A stretch of DNA of 61,862 nucleotides, filler included, from Choristocarpus tenellus KU-1152 (GCA_964200185.2; 11 parts of 11 records of this genome joined end to end with filler, not necessarily neighbours in it); one strand, 5' to 3'; shown: positions 13,144 to 28,057, numbered from the whole stretch's first letter. Program-made: numbers and translations. The notes: generated by a model not told the origin, from the sequence alone.

Positions 13144-16100
13144 ATCAATGGACGACAAGTCGTATATGAAGATTGGCATTGCCCCCTCACACGACCAAAC
13201 AAGTACTCCCTCAACAAATAACGAACAAATTTCTTGTTTTTGTGCAAGTGCATAATATAAGGTCGTGTTCCAAATTCTGTCGGAATTTTTGAAACAATAG
13301 AGAAATCAACGCTCTCAAGTCAATCGTACCACCTCATCCATCTATAGAAATAAGGGCGAATTGTTGAAGATGAGAAAAGTGAATTAAAACGCAAAACGGT
13401 CAAAATGTGGGTACCTCTCGTATACTACTTCGGCTCACTACCAAAAGCTGGATTTTCAGAAGCTCAAGAGCCCGAATGGGAGAAAAGAGAAGCAACATAC
13501 AAGCCAGAACACAACGAACACTATAAAGAAGAACAAATTGCTCCTACAATAAGTACTACATACTGTTTTATTATATAGGTTGCAATATTCATCCAACAAT
13601 GTGTGTCACTATCTCGTGGAAGAGAAAAAACAAAACGAGCGTCCCAGATCCACTTCATCAAAACAAAAGGTCGCCAAATAGTATTTGAATTTCAACGTTT
13701 TTTCCCTCTCCCATTTCGTCACTGATAAAGGAAGAACAACAAAGGGCAAATCTTTTAAAGCATTTTATTTATTGATCATGTGGGAGTTAATATACATTAT
13801 AGAGAACGCGTTCCTTTAACACTCTGGTTGTTACTGTTGCGAACTGAAAGAAGAACGTACGGCTACGATTGAATCGGCTAGATAGAGGAAAACAATGTCG
13901 ATTAGTCCCGTTGGACTGTTGGACCATGAGTCGACTCGCGCGAAATGCGCGTAGGTCGTCAGGGGACGGGTGGTACCGTCAGCCAAAACTGGAAAGCCTT
14001 CACATTAGTCTTACTAGGCAGATCCAATGCCGAATCGAAGTAAATGACGGGTAGTTAGGTTGCATTTTTTGAAGGATGGATGCGGACAAATATCTACAAA
14101 ATTCGACTTTTTGTAAAAATGAGATAAGGAATTTTCTGAATCTTTTCGAAATTATTCAAACAATAGAAAAATCGACAGTCTCAAGTGGATCCTGTTCAGG
14201 AGGCGGGTAATTTCATGTTGTGCCCCCCTTGTGATCCTGGCATCGTAGGCTGCTAGAGTGTCGCCCTCTGGGACAGGTATAGGGGTTGTTGTTCCCCGCC
14301 AGGCTACCCAACCTTGAACAATAATTCCCATCAAGCCTTCTGGAGAGACTCCTGTTGAGAGGAGGGTATGGATGGATGATCCCAGGGCCCTAACTGTGGG
14401 GCTTGTACATATGAGTTGTGAGAAAACCTTTCCATGAGGCCCTTGATGCCTTGCCAGAATGTTTCTAAAAAGGGAAGTAGGAAGTTATTTGAGAAAAGAC
14501 ATGCTGTATGAAGTACCGATACAACGATACATATTAGTATTTATTTGTGTTGTTAATATGTTTGATCACTATATTTTGTGATTACCAACCACTAAAGGCT
14601 CAAAGAGGTTCACGGAGGAGTAGCGTAGTCAGTGTATGTCATGCTATAGCAGCAATTAAAGCAGTCCAAGTAGATCAGGCCATACACACACTACTCACCA
14701 CTGTCTGGTGGATGATACATTTCTCGTTGTTTTATCTCCTTTTTTGCTGATTACTTTCAAGCCCCTTTTGCTTTGTGTGACAAGTCATGGTTGGTGTTTT
14801 TTGGATCGGATGGACCTGGTGTGACCCTGAATTTCTCTTCATTTCTCCCCTCCTATCCTGTAGGACCTGTGACAGCACTAATGGCGTACTATCCTAACTA
14901 TTGATTGGGTGTTAGTAGATCCCACCTGGGTCTCTCTTCGTTACCCGTAAAAGGCGACACTGTTTTTTTTCTCTTTTTTCTTTTCTTTAATAATTTTTAT
15001 TTTCTCAACCTGTGTATATTTCATGTTCTGACTAGCTTTCGATGAAGGCTCTGGGAGTCACACTAAAATGCAAATTAATAATTGTGGTAGTAGTAGTACC
15101 AGTCTCAGGAGCAGTCAGGCGGAAGGGACTCCACAAGTTCTGCAATGTAGTTGTATTTTCCACGTGCACCACATCTCTCATCCCCCTTCATACACTCTTG
15201 TACAACGGTAGTAATATATCGTACATAATCTTATGTCAGGTACCAGCAGAGCTGTATAGATACATAGACCGTAGCATAGACAGAATAGGTACTTCATATA
15301 TACTCGGCCAGCCCATAGTGACAGCAGTAATTTACTCCTGCATCGTGTTGGTTTCCAAATTCCTTAAAAATTCCATTACTTAATTGAGGAGGCAGAAAGT
15401 CGAGATATAGTCCTAGATGGGGGTTAATTTAGGACCTTCTGAGTATAAGGGGCTGTTAAATCTCCTTTCTGACATCCCCATTTCCATGCCTCCTGAAATG
15501 CAGCCAACCCCCATCGGATGCAGTGGATGTATATAAGAAGAGGAGATAAACGTTTGTCCACACAAGTGTGAAGTCAACCTTCAGAGTGCTAAGAGCGTAA
15601 GGACCGGAAGGCAGTCACAGAGACCTCTTTATACTCAACGGCACTCTCCTTCAGGGTATTACGACTCACTCAGGTTTTCCCGTCAAAGCAACAGCCACTG
15701 ATTGCTTCTTCCTTATCTTACGCATTATACTTTCAGGTGTAGTATATAGTAGGCTCCACTCTCACTCACTCATAGACTGCCAGTCAGCATGCAGCTGCTG
15801 TGTCCCTGAGACTGGGATGGAATGCTGGAGCATGGAAGTACTGAGCGCATATTTGTTCCTGGGAAGTTGACATCGGACATGGCTATCACAATGAAAAAAA
15901 ACAAACATCACAATGAAAAAGTAACTCAAAGCATTAAGCCATCAAATTTCTACAGTAACTTATGTACAAGTAGTGCCCCATAGTAATAATCAACGCAACT
16001 GTCACCCTCTCTTTAGGAGGCATTCTTATCGACCACACTGAGTCAAAAATGGTCTCTATGATCCTTGCTGGGCTGTTCTCGCTTGTTTGGTTCCAACCAC

Positions 16101-17340
16101 AGCAAAAAAATGCGCTGATGAGCATGATGGTAATACCACTAACCCATTGAGATGTGGACTGTACATACAGATGAGCCAACTCTTTTAGTTGTCCAACCTG
16201 TGCACAATTCCCATGGAGCCAAACTAATTGAGAGGAAGGAAGGTTTGGACTCTTTTGCACTCTAAGTTATCTTTCTCACCCTGAGCAATGTATTCTATTT
16301 CATTGCTCTATGTGCACCATAGTGTACGCAAAACTGACATTCCCTGTCTACACACAAAGCGACACCACAATTAATTCTTTATCCAATTGTACAAAATGGC
16401 GTATTTTTGCCCTCTCTCAGGATCCCTAAAGTACAACCCCTGCCTACCTCTCAGTTGGTTTGACTGATGGCCAATATATAATTCATTGTGTTTTCCATGA
16501 TGGTATCAGTGTGTTGCTTGTCTACACTATGACCATGTTTTTCGCAAAGCAAAAAAATAACTCTTCACACAAACAAAATAATGACTTACAAATGTGTTCA
16601 ACAGCGAGTACACTCTGTAAAAACCGACCAAAACAGGCTATATATTCTTGCTCAGTCAATCAATAACACGGTATACACACTACACCCTCCACCACACACC
16701 CGAAAGGGGAAGAAAGCGCTCAGTACATAATATGTAGTGCTCTCTGACTACAGAAGAGATCTCCTAAAGGGAGGGACTGACCTAGCTCTCAGAGTTGTGA
16801 CCATATTGAGGGGGTGAAAAATTGCATGAGAAGAGGAAGCGAGAATCGCTCTAATGGGATAGACTAAATATAATGTGGAGACGAAATATGATTGTTAGGT
16901 GTACAGCAAAATTTTGGGGGTGGGGGAAATGCTTGGGCATCAAGAGAGTGCACGAAATAACGAAAGAAGGCGCTTTGCTTCTTCACCCTCAAAGAAGCAG
17001 TTGCGTGGGGGGATCCAAAAAGCCCTGTGTCACTACAGAACAATTTAATACAGTAGAAAAATATACACAATCGATGCAACTAAGGGTCAAATTCACTTAA
17101 CAGATGTGCCAATGTGCAGGCGGGCCAAGGTTGGTAGCTTCCTTGCTTGTGTGTGTTAACTCCCTTCCACAACATCTTGCACTGCTTGTTCAAACCACAT
17201 AGTCAGAAATATTGCAAATTCACCGACTTTTTCTCTTACAGATCACCACCTCTTTCAAGTAAAAGATTTGCAAGTATCTTTCAAGCAGTATCTCCATACA
17301 GCAAAGAAGTGACTGCCCATACGAAACCGTATTCGATACA

Positions 17341-17371
<31 letters not shown>

Positions 17372-19810
17372 GGGGGGGCAATATGAGTGAGTTCACCAAA
17401 ATTAGCAATCGCCTCCCCCCCCCTCGCAAAACCTCTAGAAGAGTTCCCCCCTGGCTTCGAAACGAACCCTCTCAAATAAACGTACCAACACTTTCACTTC
17501 ACAATTAATAAGGACCCATTCATTGCTTCTGAGGCACTCACTGCAGGCACAGGCAGAGCTAAGACATTTGACGCCGAGGAGGAGAGCACACACCCGCAAA
17601 AAAAGAAAAAGAAATGTGCACACCCAACCCAACTACATTTACACACGGCCAGGCGACGCAGAAAGACCCCAACAACCGACTCATGACGAAAAACACATCG
17701 CCTCAGGTGAGCATCATCTGCTGGACTGGTTTTGGTTGGTCCTTCACTGCGCCCCTGGCCTCCCCGCCGCCCTCCCCCCCGCCCCGACCCCCCTACGGCT
17801 TGATTCCTCACCCCCTTCTTGTGTNNNNNNNNNNNNNNNNNNNNNNNNNNNNNNNNNNNNNNNNNNNNTTAATTAATTAANNNNNNNNNNNNNNNNNNNN
17901 NNNNNNNNNNNNNNNNNNNNNNNNTCATAACGTATACATTTTACCTTCTCCGAAACATTTTGGAGTCGAAAAATGTCATAAAAAAACCAATGGGAAGCCA
18001 AGCCCCACAAATGGATAAATAGGGAAAAATTCATACCCTCTAAGATAGTTTCACTTCAAGCCTGTACGGACATACTACATACCAATCGTCTCTTCCACAT
18101 AACATAACACAAGACATGTATGTGACATGATGCTAACCGAAAGTGACATAATCTCTTCCCCAATAACGGCAATATAATTGGAAACAATTCATCCGCAAGC
18201 ATGTTCCAGTGTATACAACACAGAAGTCTTCTGCTTCACGCCCTTGCATTGCTCAGGCACTAAGGTCATTGACAGACAGATAGCCAAACTGACACAGATG
18301 GAATAACCTTCAGTACTCAATACAATTGTCCAAAACTCAAAGCGAAAAATGCACAACAGGTAACCCAAATCCCACATCTTGTTCCAACTGCAATAACTGT
18401 CGACGCCAGAATTCTACGTAAGAGTGACTTTCTTGACATTGTCACAAAGTCCACACAGATCCAAGCACTAAGGACACATCTCAAGTGCGGAATATGTCAC
18501 ACTTCATCAAAAAAGGATCAAGCCTCCACGACTGAAGACACTCAAATATACATTTTTTGCAACACCTGGTCAGGGTCCAAATGGACACCTTGGTGCAGAA
18601 TCCCCTCCCCCCAGATACTTCGGTCCTACAAAAAGTTCTCGAAGGTTACTGTTCCGCAGGTGGGGAGTTACCGTCTGGTGCGACTGTTCTCCTAAGCTGG
18701 GGACAGCCCTGGATAGCAAGTTGTTGAACCATCTGCAGCAGCCTGGATCTTTTTTCAGAGCAACTGGAGCATATCAATGTTCCCCTTTTGTGGGCAAAAC
18801 AAAGAGATGTGCATCTACTGCATACATACATTCAGACTACTAGAGCGTGTAAGGACTTGGTACTTGACGATTCGTGGCTAAGTGTGAATAGCAGCATCTA
18901 AAGCGGCAGCTCCCTGGACGAAAAGGGGAGTTCAAACCCCTTCGAAGTCAGATTTTTTACAATAGAAATCTGATTTCAATGATGTTTTTCCATGTGGCAA
19001 CCTCAATGGATCGTACACCTGTACTATCCTCTGTACCCATGCCAAAACAAAATCCTCACCAGGGCCAACAAGGAACCTTCAGGATGTGTCCAGGCCGAAG
19101 AAACTAGAGAGGAGACCGAGGAACAGCGATTGAGAGGGCTGAAGCCCAATTACGCAAGAAGCAAGGAGGGAACACAGCTTGTGCAATTAGTCCTAGAAGC
19201 GACACTTGTAGTTGTTACAAGATGTGTATGGCGTGGTTTATCTGACCATTGTAGGAAAAATATTGAGAATAGGGTGAAGACAGAAATATTTTTTCTGAAT
19301 ATGTACTCCATATATTGAGTCGCACACAAACTATTAATATTGGATCACATAATTAAAATACTGTTTTGATTATCCCTACAGTGTTCACGCACTGACACTG
19401 TACTGTACTTTATTCTCTTATGTAATTACTGTTGTCTAACTGTAACACAACCGCTATAATTCTAGTGCCTCCCACTATTCATCACCCTACGTTAACACTT
19501 CCGATGGACCCGCCCAAACGTTTCCACGTCGACCTTGACCCGGCAGTATTGTGGTATATAGCCACAAACACAGGTCATAAGGTGTACAGTACATCGAGCT
19601 TGCCACGTGGAAAAGCATCATCCAAACAAGACTTCTGTGGTGAAAAAGTCTCTGGGGGGGGTCTACACCAGGGTGTCCATTCGGGCTCTGACTAGGAGAA
19701 GTGAACTTACAATACCCATCTGATACATGCAACTAAATCACCCAAACATCACAACCTGGAAAAATGGGCCCTGAATGGACAGCTGCCACCCTCCGTAGAT
19801 ACTTAGAGCC

Positions 19811-20900
19811 TCAAAGGGGTTCAAATCCCTGATTGTTTGTGAAGGTAGATGGCATGAGCGATAAGGACGCCTCATGATAGTATACCAAGATTGTTGCGAT
19901 GTGGTTGATGGTGACCTAAAATGGTGGTGGAATATTTACTACCGATGAGGTCTAGTTATCTGTAGGTTCTAGTATCAGTACACAGAGTTTATGTTGAACG
20001 TACGATAGGTATAGGGCAACATCACCTTGGATGAGTAGATCACTTGCTTGATATCCTACTCTAGGTAACAACTACTAATTCCAGGAGGGAGTGAAGGGGA
20101 ATCCGCCTTGGGCATTGATTCACTTGACATCGTTCTCTACTATTGCAATGCCTCATAGAGAAGTCTTTGGCATCCCCAATTTATGGTAGAATGTTTCGTA
20201 GGGAAGGACCTGTGTCATGCGGTAAGGTTAGAAGATGTCCTGAGTCCTACTTCAGAGAAAATTGTCATGCAAGTTGGTATGGTAATGCCCCAAGAGCACA
20301 AGGGATACGGGGTAGCTAGACTGGTGCTAGTTGGTCCTTGAGCTTATTCAATGAGACAAAAGGTGACCCAAAGCATTTAAGAGGGTAGGGTAGAGGGGCA
20401 CGCCCGTTTTTGGTCATATATCCAACGTTGCGATTCTGATGAATTTTGGCAAACGTGTTCGTTAGCAAGTGCCAATATCCTAGCTCTGGGCACACCTTTC
20501 ATAGCGGTACTCAGAATGGTTCGGAGTAGGTAGCTATTTTCACAAGGAAAAACAAAAGTTGGCGTAAAAAATCATGGGAAGCCTGGCCCCAAACGGACAA
20601 AGAGGGCAAACCTCCTAACCTCTCAAGAGTTTCGAGTCAAGAAGACTGGTGGCTGGCATGTTCTTCGCCATTTCACTAGTCAAGACCAGGCAAAGTGTAT
20701 GTTTCTAGTAACTGAGGAAGTGATCAGACTGCAGTGAGATCAATCAATACGTTCCTGCTGCTGATATGTACAAGTACAAGATACACCCCAATAAGGCAGT
20801 TCTAGTAAAGTTTGTGGTCAGACGACAAGGGGATGCGTATTGATGCTAGCCTACTCCCCCAGCATCTGGACATTGTGTTCAAAGATTGGCCTTCAAAGTA
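19811..20900 (+). pseudogene. Endogenous negative-strand RNA virus L fragment (RdRp motif F to A), split by a MITE
   Basis: AYSMRQK|MITE|KTGGWHVLRHFTSQ..FLVTEEVIR / EINQYVPAADMYK / HLD parallels the L pattern YSLKEKE.K..GRLF..VIAENLI..IGKYF...M..HID. Contains stops and frameshifts. Confidence 0.6.
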
Positions 20901-22848
20901 GAAAAACAGACAGGGATAAAATCGACGAGACGGGCAACAAAATGGCAAAGTGTAAGCATGCAGTGCTCTACTATGTTGTATTCCATACGATGCTCTCTCA
21001 TTTCACATTTTTACTCTTACTACAAATATATACACACAAAAGCCGTGGCAGAAAAATATTCATGTACTATCCTGTAACCTCAAAAATGCGCATGACTTAT
21101 ACAAACACAATACCTCACAAAAGCATCGTATGATTTCATGAAATGAACTATGACTTCAGTGACTGTCAGAAAAGCCACCGCATTGCCCAAGAAATATTAA
21201 GGTGTAGATATAATTCACTACACAACAAAGTCTTCCGAACTTCAGATCATAGATTATATTTCTCCAATAAACACCTTGAAGTTATATCATCAGTTTATTA
21301 CGATACCTAATTGTGCAATATAAACTAATGTTGCATGGGAAGGCAAACTTTGTTGAAAACACTACGGATTCAGCTGTTACGTTTGTTTGGTATCTTTAGT
21401 TCTTCCAAACTTTCTTTCTCCCTTTTGACAACATATGGGAAATGTCAATGCACACCAAATATGAAATTTGACGTTATATATATTCCATTAAACTAATAGA
21501 TCTATACTCCACGTCACATTCGAAAGGTTACTCCATTAAGGTTATAGAAAAAATCATAGAGACTACTTAGTCAGCAGTACTGCATGACCGAGCAAGAATC
21601 ACATTGGGGGTCTTCAGGCAGCAATATACCCCAAGGGTGCTTCCACTCACCAGGGATCCAACATTTGTAGGCGAATAGCAAAACAATCAAATCATGCCTT
21701 ACGGGAGCATGGTGGATCCACTCCCTCACATAGCATCTTCAATATCCCACCCCACTCGCCAGAAAGCCATTCACTGTCTGGGNNNNNNNNNNNNNNNNNN
21801 NNNNNNNNNNNNNNNNNNNNNNNNNNTTAATTAATTAANNNNNNNNNNNNNNNNNNNNNNNNNNNNNNNNNNNNNNNNNNNNGACACGTGCGACCAAAAC
21901 ACACCAAAAAAGTAGAAATCGAAAAAAGGGTGAAAAACGGACGCCGGCACGCCCCCCCAAATACTTTGACCCAATTGTGAATGTGAGACATTCATGCACC
22001 ATCCTCAATTTTGAGAAAGACCTGTTATATTTGTCACCATAAAATACAACATTGGGCACCTCTCGCTTACTTTGACTCAGTATTTACTCCCGTCTGACCA
22101 CGAATCAATGGGTTTAGATAGTAGGGTGGAGGTGGCGGAAGATTTCCAAACTTTAAGTGAGCAAACAACACGATGGCAATATTTCGTGCTTGGCATGAGG
22201 GAAAGGATTATTAAAACAAGATTTTGTAAGATGTCTGGCCTGGAGGTATGCCAACCTCCATAATGAACCAAGGTTAAGTATGCACCACCTTGATCATCAA
22301 GACATGACAGCACCCACCAATAAAGTTAAAGGTTCTATTTTTTAATGTTATTATTATTATGAAGAGTATAGTAAAAGTCGTAGTAGAAGTAGTAGAGGTC
22401 GTCGTCGTAGTAGTAGTAGTGTAGAGTTTTTCGTTCGAAGCAATAAAGTTTGAAATCGGTGGGTTCGACTACATTCACCTATCCTTTTATCCTTCCCGAA
22501 TAGACACTTCCCCCACAAACATTCAACATCGATGAAGGTCCATCTATCCCACCTCCTCAGGTTTCAGATCCCCAATCATCTTGCCGTTGACTCTGTGAAA
22601 CATATTCACATCTCAGAAAAGACGGAGCGTAGGAGTGGAGAATGGTAACAACGACTTTCCAAAGAAACACCGAATCTATTTCATTAGTGGTGAATGGACT
22701 CGCTATAGAGGGCTCTGCAAACCATTTGGGCATTCCTGGGGGAAGATCCAAGCTCGCTACTTGGTTTGGGACTGGAGACAATAGTATCTCCACACAATGC
22801 CATGGAGGCCACCGCGCTGAAGCAACCTGTACAATGTGAGAGCTCTAT

Positions 22849-25749
22849 TTGCTCGTCATTGCAATATCTACTGTTCAGAAAATACTCGAAGAAATCGTAT
22901 GGAACGAAGTGTTGGTGGATAAGGTAGTCCCCATGCCTCTACTCAACGTCAGTGTGAGAAAGGCACCCGTGCATGGACCGTCCGCCAGGCTCTGCAAGGC
23001 TCGAAAATGGTCGACCAGTTCGACAAGAGTCAATCAAGTCCACGCTCAACAGGGAAAGAGTGCAGGCATTATAAGGGGAACTTCCAAGACAGCTTGGGGA
23101 GGGTTGACAACAGGCAACAGTGACCAAGGTTTAACGAAACTTCCATGTCCAAGCGAGTTTGAAAAATGTGGTAGCACAGTCTGGACAAAAACGAAGATCA
23201 CAGGAATTGCTTCTCCAAGTCGACAAGGTTGTGACGCGTATGTGGCTAAAAGTTCTGAAGCAGCACAACCCAACCAAAATCCACAATTGACTACAAAGGA
23301 AGAACAAGATGTTCGATGTTGTGTCTATCCGGTTTCACCCTTTTGTTCAACAAGCCTCCCACCTCAAGCTCCTCTCTCGTCGGCAGAGGAAATTGCCCGT
23401 GTGTCAACATTGAACTTTGCCGCAAACCAGGGTCTATTTTCGAGCAGTAACGAGTCGATGGGATGTGTAATGCAGGGAGAGGCTAGTCTCCCCACACGAC
23501 CAGGGTTTCGACTTCCCAAAGGTAGAATCCAACCAGCAAGCAAGTCGATACCTCTAGGGTCTTTTTTCGAACGTTCTTCAGCTAGCACTGAAACCTTTAT
23601 CCGAAGCGAGGGGTGTGTGGATAGTGTAGGTACGGACACTGGAGCAGAAGGGAAAAAATGCTGTGAAAACATTCCCCAGGATGAGCGCTGCTCTGGTACG
23701 GCCATGCGCCCCCTTTTTTCATGGTCATGTTCACCCCAAACATGTGCGAGAAGGTCGTCAAACCAGAAACTCAAGGGCATCTCAACAGTTGAACCAGCGA
23801 CTTGTACAGGTGCGTTGTCCTTGGCGAACTTTGACCGGTGGGTGGGTGCCTCTCTATTGTGTTGCTGCAGGCCCAAAGTATCTGGGGAGAGGGGGGGGGT
23901 CTACATCAGGGTGTGTCCATTTGATCCAAAACAAGGAAAAGTGCATTTAAATTATCCATCTGACGTATGCAACCAAATCACCCAAAAATCGCGACATAAA
24001 AAAATTGACCCAAATGGACAGCCGCCACCCCCCCCCCCCCCACAAACCTTCGGCCCGCCCCCACTCCACCCAACCAAAAACAAACCCCGCAGAACAACGG
24101 CCCCNNNNNNNNNNTGGACAGCCGCCACCCCCCCACCCCCCAGATACTTTGAGCCTGCACCATGTACACTCAACCATACACTTGCCCAGGACTACATGGC
24201 ACCTATCAGGCACTAAGTATGCTCTTAACGGAGAGCACACTATTCAAGCAATCCAACCAAGTATTGGGGCTCCCCTTAGGAGTACTAACTACTTTGTGGT
24301 ATACTGCTTGCCCAATTCCCCAGCGCTCCCATTGCTGTTATCGAATGCACAGGAAGTTCCAGGCTTAACTTCTGAACAGGCTTCTCTCTCCACTTCAAGG
24401 GAGATTTCAGGGAGAATTAAATCACCACAAGAAGCTCAATACAAACCAGTTCTGTCGGAGAGGTCCAAGTCTCATGGGGATGGCCATACAAAGCACAATT
24501 CCAACTCCAATGTGCACCTGCGGTCCAAGAGCCAGGGTGGCGAAAGCAAAGGGTGTTTACCCACAAGACCATGGAAATGTGATGTGCATGTACAGCAGGA
24601 ACAGCAAAAGGTGAAGGTGCACACAAACACCCTGATAACGCAATCGTATCAGAAAAACGATTGTTTGGAAAGACCTACCCTAAGCATTTCTTCTTACACG
24701 TCTAATTTTAAGGGTTCATTCACTGTACAATTCTTATTCCCGTCTTCCTTGTTGTATGTTTATTATCTATCCTTTTCTTTGTTTGCACTGCCTCTATTAG
24801 ACCATTGATTGACTCTAAAAAAATGTGAGGATCACATTCTCAGCGCTATTAATAGTGTTCACTACAAGTAGTGCTGAAGGCCATATCTCTTCACTTTTCA
24901 AGGTACTGCCAAGTACTGCTCTGTAGTGAAGGAGGATTGCTCTTCTTATGTGTTGAGGTACTTCTGTTTGCGTTTTTCCTTGGGGTTTCTCCAATATTGA
25001 TTCAGTTTCACACCCCTAAATCTACTGCCTGGTCTACCATGCATTGCTGTGCAATGATCTAACTACTCAGGCTGAGAAGCGAATAGTTGAGTGGAAACGA
25101 CGCCAGGGGGAGCTGAAAAGGGCAAGGGATCAAGGTGAAGTGGAGCACAAATCACGTTACACAGTTGTATACATAGAGGCCACAAGGAAAGTGGCAGCAG
25201 AGCGTGCAGCACAGGAGATTGTTCGGCGACAGGCAAAGCAATTGGCAGCCACGAAGGAGGAGGTGCAAAGATCAGATGCGATCTTGAGGCGTGAGAAGGA
25301 TGCCTCTGATAAGTCCCGCAGGCGGGCTCAGATTTATGCCATCAATGCTACAATGAGGTTTGATCCCTTTCCTATTTCAATCTCTTGTTACCCATACCTG
25401 CACAGAGTATGGCACGTTGTATTCACATTATTGTGATATTGCTTTTGATGCAGTAATAAAGTGATGTTTGACTACTGAAAGATAAGAAATGTCGATAGCC
25501 ATGCAGAGTATGGGGAAACACCCCTTTGAAGCCCTTCCAAGTGAAAAAACTAGTCAACTCCCCCCTGTTTAATCTCACCCCAACCAACTACAATATTTCA
25601 GGAAAAATTTTGAGGTGCGCTTTAATGAGTATTGCAGGATGCGAGAGGAACAATGTGGTGTTGCTGCTTTACAATCAGGCACTGGACAACAAGTGAAAAA
25701 GGATGATGCTTGTGACTCTAGTATTGGAGCAGTAAGACAAGCTTTATAA
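22849..25749 (+). CDS. Multi-exon low-complexity protein with a C-terminal SVBP/CCDC23-like motif
   Basis: Long open reading stretches at 22849-~23836 and ~24352-24610. Exons 25071-25357 and 25602-25749 splice to RRRAQIYAINATMR|KNFEVRFNEYCRM. The start is uncertain, and a MITE probably lies in an intron. Confidence 0.6.
23870..24155. mobile_element. MITE family 1 copy, TSD TGCA
   Basis: TGCA|GGCCCAAAGTATCT..AGATACTTTGAGCC|TGCA. An internal N gap inflates the length. Confidence 0.85.
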
Positions 25750-28057
25750 CAGCTCTAGCATGAGCCAATGATGAACCGCATAGCTGAAGAAGTTGTTGCA
25801 ATATGAAACCCATAATGTTGTGATGTTTCCTCATTCCTCTATTTGTTCATTGCTTTTGAATCAAGGCTTCCTCCTCTTGTGGGGGTGAAGAAAGAGGGTG
25901 TTAAGGAGATGCAATGAGGGGGGGGAAGAAAGTTTGGCTCGCTCCAGCAGTCCTTTTTGATTCTTTGTGAATTTTTGTTGTGCTGTGTATCTTACCAGAT
26001 TGATGCTTATGAGGTCCAGTGTGTTGCGTATACATCCCATATTTGTGTGAGAGAGTAGAGACATGATTCACTATTTTCTCCAGTGCTTTACACAGGACTC
26101 TACAATGTGGTTCAATGTATGCGGTTCAGGTGGGTATGAGTCAAGTGGACCTGTACCTGTACCTATCTGAAGCTCAAGGGCAACCTAGACAGGATCTGCA
26201 ACGCATCCTCTGCCCTAGAGGTCATGCTGCAAACTCAGATCTGGATTTGTTCTCTATTACGACCAAAATGCAGCTTAGACTTGATCCATGTATTGTCAAA
26301 TCAGTACTGTTTGTTTCCCAGTTATGTTGGACGTGAAGGTAAGACCTGATCTGTGGCATCAGGCAGATCCGAACCCTTGATTATTTTACAAGCTCAACAG
26401 TACTTTGGCATGTTGCCTAACACCTAAGCAGTTTCTCCTGTCAGTACTCAAGTGCTTTCTTCAAGACCTTGCACACTCCTGTGGTGAAACGGAATAGTTT
26501 TCCGATTCACTCATGTGCACATTCTCCCATCTTTGCTAGAGTCTCCCATGCTCTATTTCCTTGAAATCTGGGAGTTTTCCCACAACAGTCAAATTATCAT
26601 ATGGAACCATAGGCCTTAAGCTGCACCTATTACGCTCCAGACACAGCTCAGGTGCAGGGACCATAATGTCAACACAGATATGTGGCTCAAGTGTAATTGG
26701 GGACCTCTGATGTGTACCTCCTTGCATCTATCACTTACCTGAAAATCAGATGGGTACCAACATCCCACACTAAACCTTATGATTCAAGCTTTGGACTTGG
26801 ACTTCTGTGCTGTACCTGTGGAAAAATTTCATTTAACCTCTTGAACAGACTGTTATTTTCATGGATAGTATGTACCTGTAGCATACAGAGGATTATATCC
26901 TAACAAATTATTGATGTGTACACACCTGAGGAATGTATGCATGCAATCTCAAGTTGTTTGCATTTAGAGTTTAAATGTTTGGCAACAACTTCAAAACATT
27001 TTGTTTTGCTTGTGAACACAAGAGGTGTGAAAGTGTTTTCACAATAGTTTGGACCACTATCAGAATATATGCAGTTAATTGCTGTGCTCTGAAGGACTTC
27101 TGGTTCAGAGGAAAGAGAACAGGTTTGCAGATCTCTAAGTGGACCTTATACTCTGTGGGCGAGAAAATTGTTTGGAACACACCCCATCTATTTACGGATC
27201 AAGTGTATCTGATACCTTCATGTCATACACTCCTTCATCCCCTGAACACCAGCAACTACATCTTAAAGACAAAAAACACTTAGCACACAAGAGGTGCACT
27301 ATCATTGGCCATTAGAAAGTGCCCAGGCACAACCAAACAAAACGTAAGTGCTTTGATGGCACTTCAGAAAAAACGCAGAATGACAACACCTGTAGGGCAT
27401 CCAATAAGCGACTGAAGCAGATAGGACAACTATTTGTGGCACTGCCTTCAATGAGAAGACTGTGATCAGCATATATGGAGCTTTTGGTTTCATGCTATGA
27501 CTCCTAGCACCCCTCCAAGTCTTAATTGGTACAACAGTAATATAAAACAAAATGCACATCAATCTCCCTTTACCTCCCGTTTCCATACAGGCAATACCAA
27601 GATCCCTTCCATCATGCCTGTTGCACCAAGTTTTCCTTTTTCCACCGAGGACAATGGGGAATTAACTACAGAAAAACCGGGCAGAAACAAAAGCAGACTG
27701 GAACAATCATTGTATGCCATTGTATATCCTGTACTAATTCCCTCATACAATTAACACCTTACTAGCAAACAAACCACTCGCAGAAGGGATGACCAAACAT
27801 CAGACTTTGCCTGAAATGCATGCAAAAGAACATGAACAGGGCCTGTTGTACCCCACTTGATTGTGACAAGTGACCCCCCCCCCCCCCCCCCCAAAGGCCA
27901 AAGGTCCCTCCCCTTGAACCCCACATAGATGGCCCTCAACAAAAAAAAGGNNNNNNNNNNNNNNNNNNNNNNNNNNNNNNNNNNNNNNNNNNNNTTAATT
28001 AATTAANNNNNNNNNNNNNNNNNNNNNNNNNNNNNNNNNNNNNNNNNNNNGACTCAC

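Noticed and set aside
15934-17811. Scattered minus-strand exon-like segments
   Set aside because: No consistent spliced frame or recognisable domain could be built.
18646-18831. Possible ankyrin-like exon
   Set aside because: Needs a frameshift and has no supporting exons.
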